IMG/VR virus record: IMGVR_UViG_3300033489_000025
Coordinates: 1 to 40,940 of that record
Reading direction: 5' to 3' (one strand)
Origin: a virus
DNA length: 40,940 bases
Positions 7,766 through 15,223 of the stretch are shown one piece after another. The first letter of the stretch is position 1; each line of letters begins with the position of its first letter. The notes under the pieces were generated by a model. It was given only the letters and a program-made list of their open reading frames with translations, searched no databases and was not told where the DNA came from. The position numbers and the translations under genes were made by a program.

Positions 7766-8509
7766 ATGAATAATTTACTAACAATTAAGAAAGATACAAT
7801 TTATATTGCTACTGATATTTTAGCAAAAGAATTAGAAAGACAGCATAAAATAATTTATAATTTGGTAAATGTATACAAGAAAGAGATTGAAACGTTGGGG
7901 GCTCTTCACTTTGAAAATGTTCCAAATTCTGGGGAAAAGGGCGGGGGTACAAAAAAGATTTATTACTTAAACAAAAAACAATACATTTTTCTAATTACAA
8001 ATATGAGAACTAAAGCGAATGAAAAAACTACAGTAATGAAAGCAAAACTTGCAATAGCTGATAGATTTGTTGAAATGGAAAAATGGATACTGGAACAGAA
8101 AACACAAAAGCAAAATGAGCAGTATATCGAAACTAGAAATCAAAGCAAAATAGGCAGAAGACAGGAAACAGATGTTATAAAAATATTTATAGAATACGCT
8201 AAAAGCCAGGGCTCTAAAAGTGCCGATAAATATTATATGAATTTTAGTAAAATGGAAAACGCGGCTTTCTTTATTATCCAGGAGCGTTTTAAAAACACCA
8301 GGGAAATTTTAGATATGGAGCAAGTGCAAAAAATTGCATTTGCAGATATCGTAATACGGAATGCCTTATTAGAAGGAATGGAAAAAGAAATGTTTTATAA
8401 AGATATTTTTCAATTAGCTAAAAAGAGAGTTTTAGAAGCGGCTAATTCATTGGGCGTTAAGGAAATTATACCAAATTATAATGGGGGTGTGAAATGTTTG
8501 ACCGATTAA
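7766..8509 (+). CDS. Rha-family phage regulatory protein with conserved C-terminal domain (paralog 1)
   Basis: N-terminus 'ILAKELERQHKIIYNLV...FENV...KKIYYLNKKQYIFLITNM' is Rha-like; the C-terminal half is a close paralog of 26136..26861; AT-rich. Confidence 0.65.
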   Translation: MNNLLTIKKDTIYIATDILAKELERQHKIIYNLVNVYKKEIETLGALHFENVPNSGEKGGGTKKIYYLNKKQYIFLITNMRTKANEKTTVMKAKLAIADRFVEMEKWILEQKTQKQNEQYIETRNQSKIGRRQETDVIKIFIEYAKSQGSKSADKYYMNFSKMENAAFFIIQERFKNTREILDMEQVQKIAFADIVIRNALLEGMEKEMFYKDIFQLAKKRVLEAANSLGVKEIIPNYNGGVKCLTD

Positions 8510-9735
8510 AATTTTGGCGAAATTTCGCCAAAAAATCCTATTACACAGATGACTATAGGGCGGGTGCGCCTATATGGTCCATACAAGACGATACGGCATA
8601 TGTAGAAGAGGCTTTTGAGAAAATCGTCTGGTGTTATAGCTGTATAATCGCTATAGCCAGTGCCGTTGGTTCGATACCGTGGCGTTTGTACAAGCGCACA
8701 GGCGCAGACCTTAAAGAGGTTAAGAGCCATTATTTACTCGACATGTTTAATGGCCAGGTAAATCCGGACTTCACTTCGGCCGAGTTTTTCGAACTCTGGG
8801 CGGTATTCCTGGCGACACAGGGTAAATTCTTTGCGCTTAAAGACAATCCCGTACTGCCAAGTGAACTAAGGCCTATGTATGGGCATCAAGTTAAACCGAT
8901 ACCAGGGCCGGGGCCTCAGACGCTAAGCGGCTTTGAGTATGAGCTTAATAATACCAGGTACAGCCCAAATTTAGTATTGTGGGATAGGTTTATAGACCCT
9001 TTAGATTTTTACCAGGGACTTAGCCCTATACGCGCGGGCGCGCGTACGATGGCCACAGAGAACCAGGCTGTTGACTGGAACAAAAACGTATTTGACAATA
9101 TCGGCATACCGCCGGGCGCCTTAGCCCTATACAATGTATCCCCAACCCAAATCGATGAAGCTAAAAAGCGTTGGTTATCAGACTATAGCGGGCCAAAAAA
9201 GGCGCGAATGCCGTTTATTTTTGATTCTGAAAAGATTAACTATATCAATTTTGGTATGAGCCAGGTTGATATGGATTTCATCATGCAGAAAAAAGTTAAC
9301 CGTATTGAAATTTGTAGCACATTCGGTGTACCTGGCCAGGTGGTCGGTGACCCTGAGGGCCAGACTTACGCGAATTATGGCGAAGCGCTAAAGGCCTTTT
9401 GGTCTCAGACGGTAATACCTAGATACTTAAACCGTATAGGCGCGAAACTTAATAAAGACGTTGTGCGCCTATACGATAAAGCTTTTGTAATTAAGCCCGA
9501 CTTATCGGATATAGCTGTGTTACAAGAAGACGAGACATCTAAAACTGATAGAATCAGAGGCCTATTTATGGATAACGTAATGACTCAAAATGAGGCGCGT
9601 GAGGCTGTGGGCTTAACGGCTATACCGACGGGCGATGTGTTTAATTATCAATTGGCCGCGGCTTTAGCGGATACGGTACTTGACGAAGACGCGCCAGCCG
9701 ATGAAGAGGATGAGGATGAGGCCGATGACAATTGA
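8494..9735 (+). CDS. Portal protein (HK97-type family)
   Basis: Position and size; acidic C-terminal tail 'DEDAPADEEDEDEADDN'. Confidence 0.8.
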   Translation: MFDRLKFWRNFAKKSYYTDDYRAGAPIWSIQDDTAYVEEAFEKIVWCYSCIIAIASAVGSIPWRLYKRTGADLKEVKSHYLLDMFNGQVNPDFTSAEFFELWAVFLATQGKFFALKDNPVLPSELRPMYGHQVKPIPGPGPQTLSGFEYELNNTRYSPNLVLWDRFIDPLDFYQGLSPIRAGARTMATENQAVDWNKNVFDNIGIPPGALALYNVSPTQIDEAKKRWLSDYSGPKKARMPFIFDSEKINYINFGMSQVDMDFIMQKKVNRIEICSTFGVPGQVVGDPEGQTYANYGEALKAFWSQTVIPRYLNRIGAKLNKDVVRLYDKAFVIKPDLSDIAVLQEDETSKTDRIRGLFMDNVMTQNEAREAVGLTAIPTGDVFNYQLAAALADTVLDEDAPADEEDEDEADDN

Positions 9736-10465
9736 TGAGATTGAAGTCAAAAGGGCTTATTGGGATAGGAAATTTGAGAAAGAGCTTAAAAAATTCTTTA
9801 CAGCCCAGGGGGATGCGATTTATAAACTAAGGCGTATAACCGATATTAAACAATTTGAGCGCCAAGCGCTTAAACAGGTCGAGCAAGACGCCCCAAAGTT
9901 AAATCGCTTGTTTGTTGGGATGTATACTGGGATTGTAACGGCTTTTGGCACAACTGTTTACAATGAGCTCGTGGGTAAAAAGATATTTTCGCTATTTGCG
10001 CTTGGGATTTATAGCTGGATCGCCTCTATGGCTAAGAGTCAGACAGGCAGACTAAATTTTTATACGCTTTTGACTATTAAAAATGTCGTGAAGAAGGGTA
10101 TCGAAGAAGGCAAAAGCGTAAGCGATATAGCTAAAACAATAAGGACTGTATACCTAGAACGCTTTAGCGCTAAGCGCTCTAAGCGTATAGCGCGTACTGA
10201 GGTCAACAGCGCGTCGAATTATGGTTCGTGGGCGGGGGCTACGCAAACGGGACTTACACTTAAGAAAATATGGATAAGCACAAAAGATAGTCGAACGCGA
10301 AAAACGCATAAGCGAGCAGGTCAAAAGTATCAAGCCCAGCCCATCGGGCTAGACGAGTATTTCCAGGTGGGTAAAGGAAAATTAAAATATCCGGGTGACC
10401 ATAGCGGGCCGCCCGAAGAGGTCATAAATTGCCGCTGCGCGGTAGGGTATAGGAGGGTTAAATAA
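9725..10465 (+). CDS. Minor head morphogenesis protein (Mu F / SPP1 gp7 family)
   Basis: 'RIARTEVNSASNYG', '...INCRCA' C-terminal pattern; ATG 9725 chosen to limit overlap with the portal gene. Confidence 0.75.
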   Translation: MTIDEIEVKRAYWDRKFEKELKKFFTAQGDAIYKLRRITDIKQFERQALKQVEQDAPKLNRLFVGMYTGIVTAFGTTVYNELVGKKIFSLFALGIYSWIASMAKSQTGRLNFYTLLTIKNVVKKGIEEGKSVSDIAKTIRTVYLERFSAKRSKRIARTEVNSASNYGSWAGATQTGLTLKKIWISTKDSRTRKTHKRAGQKYQAQPIGLDEYFQVGKGKLKYPGDHSGPPEEVINCRCAVGYRRVK

Positions 10466-11068
10466 ATGGATTATAAATTTGTAAAAACTGAGGTTAAGGC
10501 AAAGAGCGATTTTGAGTTTGAAGGATACGCGTCAATATTTGGTAATGTCGATGATGGTGGTGATATCATGCAGGCGGGGGCTTTTGCCAAAACTATAAAC
10601 GAAAATCTAAAAAGAGTTAAAGTTTTATACATGCATAATGTTATGAGCACTATTGGCTTACCGAGTAATTTATTCGAAGATTCGAAAGGCTTATATTTTG
10701 ATGCTAAGGTATCTAAAACAACACTGGGTAAGGACGTTATGACACTTATCCATGATAAAGTCATAACCGACATGTCGATCGGTTATAATCCGGTTAAGTG
10801 GGCATGGGATGAAGAAATGGAAGTCCGAACCCTGCAAGAGGTCAGGCTCTGGGAAATTTCGCCGGTCACATGGGGTATGAATTCCTTAGCCAGTATAAAA
10901 ATGTTTGCTTCAGGCTCTGAGTATGATACAATAAAATCAGAACTTAAAAGGCTGGAGGCACTTATTAAAGGAGCCGGATTATCATCCACTCCGGGCAATG
11001 AGCCGCCAAAGGTACACGAATTAAACCCGGACGTAATTGCCAGTTTAATTGATAGAATTAAACTATAA
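10466..11068 (+). CDS. Prohead serine protease (HK97 family)
   Basis: 'FEGYASIFGNVDDGGDIMQAGAF', 'MHN', 'MSIGY'; directly upstream of the capsid gene. Confidence 0.85.
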   Translation: MDYKFVKTEVKAKSDFEFEGYASIFGNVDDGGDIMQAGAFAKTINENLKRVKVLYMHNVMSTIGLPSNLFEDSKGLYFDAKVSKTTLGKDVMTLIHDKVITDMSIGYNPVKWAWDEEMEVRTLQEVRLWEISPVTWGMNSLASIKMFASGSEYDTIKSELKRLEALIKGAGLSSTPGNEPPKVHELNPDVIASLIDRIKL

Positions 11069-11081
11069 AGGGGGGCAATAT

Positions 11082-12335
11082 ATGCCAACTATTGAAGAAT
11101 TAGTACAGAAAATAGATACGCTATCCAATCAACGCGTAAGCTCAGACGTCTTTAAGACATCACTCGACGAGCTTAAAGCGATGGTCGAAAAGCGTAATGA
11201 CGATGTTAAGGTTGAGCTAAAATCACACTACGAAACAGCGATGAAAGCCGCGTCCGAAGAGTTTGCAGAAAAATTAAGACTTTCCATGGTGGAAATGGGT
11301 AAGACCTTTACTACAAGTGGAGAAACTGGGGAAGATCTACCAGACGAAAAAACATATGGAAAATCCTTTGGCGAGTTTTTGACAAAGGTTAAATATACAC
11401 CTGAAAGCCTAAAAGTTTTAGGCGAGAATACCGGATCCGCTGGCGGATATTTAGTACCGACAACATGGTCAAAACGTATTTTAAAAAGAGCAATTGAAAA
11501 AGGGCTTGTCAGGACTTTCGGACCTAGCTTAATCGATATGCCCACGCCAAAATTTGAAGTACCGACTATTACTTCTACAAGTAACAGCAGTAATTTCTAT
11601 GGCGGAATTATGACTTACTGGGGATCCGAAACAACAGATTTAGAAGCCGGAATTACACAACCCACATTTGGACAGGTTAATTTGGACGCTGGAAAACTTT
11701 ATGGATATGCCGAAAGCTCTGAAGATTTGGCGCAGGACGCAATTATCGCTATAGGCCCATTGCTTCAACAGCTATTTGGTGACGCGATTGCGTTTGAGGA
11801 AGACTACGCGTTTATTAATGGTAATGGCGTTGGTAAGCCTCTGGGTGTTGTAAATGCGCCTTGTAGGGTTACGGTATCTAGAGCCACAGCAACACAGATA
11901 AACACTATTGATATAGTTAATATGTTATCTCGTTTTAGTGGCTCAATGGATAACGCTGTATGGCTTGCTAATCAGACAGTATTGCCATATTTGTATACAT
12001 TACAAGACGCTGGCGGAAATTATATTTTATTTCCGGGTATGTCTGGCAATATCGCTGGAAGGTCTCCGGGCTCAATTTTTGGAATTCCATTGGTTATTAG
12101 TGAAAAGGCACAGGCACTTGGTACCTCAGGTGATTTGATTTTAGGTGACTGGTCTAACTATTTGATCGGTGACCTTAGAGGCTTAAGAATTGAAGAGTCA
12201 AAAGACTTTAAGTTTGGAACAGATAAACGATGCTGGAAAATCGTTAAAAGGGTTGACGGCAAACCGTGGTTAAACTCAGCAATCACACCGCGAAATGGCG
12301 GATCAACATTATCCCCATTCGTGCTAATATCTTAA
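11082..12335 (+). CDS. Major capsid protein, HK97 fold, with N-terminal delta/scaffold domain
   Basis: Coiled-coil N-terminus, then 'GGYLVP', 'EEDYAFINGNGVGKPLGV'; RBS 'aaggggggc'. Confidence 0.85.
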   Translation: MPTIEELVQKIDTLSNQRVSSDVFKTSLDELKAMVEKRNDDVKVELKSHYETAMKAASEEFAEKLRLSMVEMGKTFTTSGETGEDLPDEKTYGKSFGEFLTKVKYTPESLKVLGENTGSAGGYLVPTTWSKRILKRAIEKGLVRTFGPSLIDMPTPKFEVPTITSTSNSSNFYGGIMTYWGSETTDLEAGITQPTFGQVNLDAGKLYGYAESSEDLAQDAIIAIGPLLQQLFGDAIAFEEDYAFINGNGVGKPLGVVNAPCRVTVSRATATQINTIDIVNMLSRFSGSMDNAVWLANQTVLPYLYTLQDAGGNYILFPGMSGNIAGRSPGSIFGIPLVISEKAQALGTSGDLILGDWSNYLIGDLRGLRIEESKDFKFGTDKRCWKIVKRVDGKPWLNSAITPRNGGSTLSPFVLIS

Positions 12336-12349
12336 GGAGGTGCTAGAGG

Positions 12350-12763
12350 ATGAATAAATTTACAGAAATGATTACAGCCAGTTTGCAGATAGCGAAAACA
12401 GTAACAACCGGAATATCTAGCACTGCATTGTTAGATATGATGCCCTACAAAAAAAGTATGGTTTTAGTTACAGCGAATAAGCCGCTCGACGCAACAGGCT
12501 CAAGCGGTGTTATTACTGCTACAGTATATGAGTCCAGCGCGGCTACATGGAATGGCGCAGTCGCAACAGCTATGACATCATTTGTGTCGACGGTTAGTTG
12601 TAACAGCACAACAGAAGGCTTTATAAAATTAGAAGTTAATGATTATGACATGTCAATTAATGCAACAAAACGCTATTTAGGCGTTAGGGTTGCTGCCCAT
12701 ACAGCCACTGATATCGTATGTATAGTGCAAAGATACAGAGGCGATAACGAACCCCTAGAATAA
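12350..12763 (+). CDS. Ser/Thr/Ala-rich 137-aa protein, possible head decoration protein
   Basis: Directly follows the capsid gene; RBS 'aaggagg'; no motif recognised. Confidence 0.5.
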   Translation: MNKFTEMITASLQIAKTVTTGISSTALLDMMPYKKSMVLVTANKPLDATGSSGVITATVYESSAATWNGAVATAMTSFVSTVSCNSTTEGFIKLEVNDYDMSINATKRYLGVRVAAHTATDIVCIVQRYRGDNEPLE

Positions 12764-12771
12764 CCCAGGAT

Positions 12772-12800
12772 AAAAAAAGGCTCTCATTTGAGAGCCTTTT
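12772..12800 (+). terminator. Intrinsic terminator after the capsid block
   Basis: ggctctc-attt-gagagcc followed by 'tttt', preceded by an A run. Confidence 0.75.
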
Positions 12801-12813
12801 ACTTTGTCAAGTA

Positions 12814-12842
12814 TTGTGCAAAGTATTTTTACATGATATAAT
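12814..12842 (+). promoter_or_regulatory. Promoter, conserved copy 3, driving the modification operon
   Basis: TTGTGC-17 nt-TATAAT; spacer 'aaagtatttttacatga' resembles those at 1990 and 5109. Confidence 0.55.
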
Positions 12843-12864
12843 AATACAAAAAGGGGGGTATACA

Positions 12865-13578
12865 ATGGAAACGTTAACACCAAAGACGTTAAGGCCTGAT
12901 AAGAAAACAATTATAATCGCGCTGCCAAATACAGGGCATTTTTATTTTGAGACTGTGGCGCGCTTATTATCTTTCCAAATACCTGAAGGGTATCAGCTCA
13001 TGTTTAACCTAATTTCTAATTGCTTGATTTACGATGCTCGTGAAAAGCTTGTGGAATTTGCGTTAGAACAGCCCAATGCAACGCACATTTTCTTTTTGGA
13101 CTCTGACATGGTGCCAGAGCCGCAAACGCTAACTCAATTAATAGGTTGGGATGTACCAATCGTCACAGCTAAAATCTATCAGCGCAAATTCCCATTCCAA
13201 CCATGCTTTTATACAAAAGTTAGAATAAATCGCGACTTTACAACAGAGTTAGAGGGACCAATGGAGCCTGAGAAATGGCCGTCTGAGGGTATATACGATA
13301 TAGAAGGTTGCGGTATGGCTTGTTGTCTGATTAACTTAAAAGTGTTTGAGGGACTTAAGAAACCATGGTTTTTCCCAATGCCCGGCGTGGGAGAAGACCT
13401 GGCTTTTTGCGTTAAAGCGAGAAGCGCAGGGCATAAGCTTTATGCGGATTTTGGTTTAGACTGTGCGCACATGGGTTATTTTCCAGTGGTTACGGCGTCT
13501 TTTCAAAACGCTTATACTGCGTGGATGAATAACCCCGAAAACAAAGGGAAATTAATATATGGCGGTGATGGGTTATGA
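12865..13578 (+). CDS. GT-A-fold glycosyltransferase
   Basis: 'IFFLDSDMVP' (DxD), 'GCGMACCLI', 'GVGEDLAFCVKARSAGHKLY'; no TM segment seen. Confidence 0.7.
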   Translation: METLTPKTLRPDKKTIIIALPNTGHFYFETVARLLSFQIPEGYQLMFNLISNCLIYDAREKLVEFALEQPNATHIFFLDSDMVPEPQTLTQLIGWDVPIVTAKIYQRKFPFQPCFYTKVRINRDFTTELEGPMEPEKWPSEGIYDIEGCGMACCLINLKVFEGLKKPWFFPMPGVGEDLAFCVKARSAGHKLYADFGLDCAHMGYFPVVTASFQNAYTAWMNNPENKGKLIYGGDGL

Positions 13579-14576
13579 GAATATGGGGCGGTGCGCTTGT
13601 GCGTAATGAGCAAGGGCGATATTTACAAAGATTTTGTGAGCAAATGCGGGCGATATGTGACCATGTTATCGTAATAGATGATGCCTCAACAGATAATACC
13701 GCAGATTTTTGTCGACAATATGATTTTAGTGTATTGTCTTCTAAGAAAAGATTATGGGATACCGACGAGGTAAGGCAAAGGAAAAGACTTTTTAATACCT
13801 TGACTTCACACGCGACACCGGGTGACTGGATATTGATACTTGACGCTGACGAGTTATTTCACGCGCCTCATAAGGTTGTACGTAGAGAATTAGAATATGC
13901 TAAAATACACACTTCTTTTATGGCTTATAGGTTATACGACATATGGCAAATACATAATGTGGGCTTTATTAATTCTAAAGTTAAGACGCCGCACTGCGAT
14001 GGCTTAGGCGTAGTAAACGCTGATGAATCAGGTAACGTGTATTTTTATAGAAATGACGAGTATTGGAATGCGCATGATAGTTATTGGCCTATGGCTTATA
14101 GGTATGAGGGTATTCAAGAATGGAAATGGAACGAACAAAGCCTTCATTGTGGAAGATTTCCCTATAATATTTATAAGAATATTAGCCCTTCGAATTATAA
14201 ATTACTGCATTTAGGCTGGGCGACCTTAGCGGATAGGCAACAGAAATACGCTAGATATATGAAGGCTGATCCTGACGGCAAATTTGGGATTATGGGCCAA
14301 TATCAATCAATATTGGACCCAAATCCGACTCTGGAGGTGGCGATTATGAATATTAAAGATATGACTGATAGTTTTATAATTTCGATGGTACACGACATCG
14401 AAGAATTATCAGAGCTACAAAAAGAACTGTGTAAATATTTAAGGGGTAACGAAAATAGGAATAAAATTATTGAAGAGGTAGCGGATGTTGAAATCGCTTT
14501 GAATGATATTAAAGCAAAATTCGACATCAAAGAAGTGAATATTAAAAGAGCGAAATTAAAGAAGGGGGTTTTATAA
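13575..14576 (+). CDS. Family-2 glycosyltransferase with a C-terminal MazG-like helical extension
   Basis: 'VIVIDDASTDNT', 'ILILDADE'; C-terminal 76 aa 'IEELSELQKEL...IIEEVADVEIALNDI' begins at an in-frame ATG (14346) with its own GGAGGTG RBS. Confidence 0.7.
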   Translation: MRIWGGALVRNEQGRYLQRFCEQMRAICDHVIVIDDASTDNTADFCRQYDFSVLSSKKRLWDTDEVRQRKRLFNTLTSHATPGDWILILDADELFHAPHKVVRRELEYAKIHTSFMAYRLYDIWQIHNVGFINSKVKTPHCDGLGVVNADESGNVYFYRNDEYWNAHDSYWPMAYRYEGIQEWKWNEQSLHCGRFPYNIYKNISPSNYKLLHLGWATLADRQQKYARYMKADPDGKFGIMGQYQSILDPNPTLEVAIMNIKDMTDSFIISMVHDIEELSELQKELCKYLRGNENRNKIIEEVADVEIALNDIKAKFDIKEVNIKRAKLKKGVL

Positions 14577-15125
14577 ATGGGCCCAGTAATGAATTATTCA
14601 GACCGTAGAGAGGTACTATTCTTCGCTGAACATTATAATTTTTTAGATGGTAAAATTTTAGATATCGGCTGTGGCACAGGCAATGCCGCAGATTTCTATA
14701 AAGACTATACCGGCATAACTTTAAACCGCCAGGAACTAGATACAGGTGTAACTCGTGGACGAAATATTAAATATATGGATGCTGAAAATTTAAGCCTTGA
14801 CACAGCGACTTTTGATGGCTTCATAATGTGGGATTCACTGGAGCACTTTTTGAGTCCGTATAGGGCTCTTTGTGAAGCTCGACGTGTGCTAAAGCCTGAT
14901 GGTAAGGGCCTAATATTTATGCCTGGTCAAAACTGGGTAAATTGCCATGAGCACTTACATGTTATGACTGTGCCTCAGATGGAACAGATTTTAAAAAGAA
15001 CTTTTTTTAAAGTTATAAATATTTATGAGAAAAAGTATCCTGGTAAACCAGATAAATATTGCGAGGGTATGGCGGTATACGAAATAATAAATGATATTGA
15101 ATATATACCGATGTTTGAAACGTGA
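14577..15125 (+). CDS. Class I SAM-dependent methyltransferase
   Basis: 'ILDIGCGTGN', 'FDGFIMWDSLEH', 'LKPDGKGLIF'. Confidence 0.8.
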   Translation: MGPVMNYSDRREVLFFAEHYNFLDGKILDIGCGTGNAADFYKDYTGITLNRQELDTGVTRGRNIKYMDAENLSLDTATFDGFIMWDSLEHFLSPYRALCEARRVLKPDGKGLIFMPGQNWVNCHEHLHVMTVPQMEQILKRTFFKVINIYEKKYPGKPDKYCEGMAVYEIINDIEYIPMFET

Positions 15126-15209
15126 TATAATAGGGTTATGGGCAAACCGGACGCGGTTATGGGGACAACGCCCAACCCCGCCCTATTTGATAGGGCTATT
15201 TTTTATTTT
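15122..15209 (+). promoter_or_regulatory. Intergenic extended -10 element plus GC-rich structured leader ending in a terminator-like hairpin
   Basis: 'gtgatataat' at 15122-15131; 'ccctat-ttg-ataggg' (15181-15195) then 'ctattttttatttt'; competing 'ataggg' at 15130-15135. Confidence 0.35.
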
Positions 15210-15223
15210 AAAGGAGCAAATTT

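Noticed and set aside
12814-12864. Track start (TTG 12814) of the first glycosyltransferase ORF
   Set aside because: The 5' extension covers the promoter -35/-10 region. ATG 12865 follows an 'aaggggggt' RBS at correct spacing.
15126-15223. Cobalamin or SAM riboswitch ahead of the B12/SAM-dependent enzyme
   Set aside because: The idea is attractive, but the ~100-nt region is far too short for a cobalamin aptamer. I also could not match it convincingly to a SAM-family consensus: 'CAACGCC' only loosely resembles the SAM/SAH 'CAACGGC' core. I kept it only as a generic structured leader.
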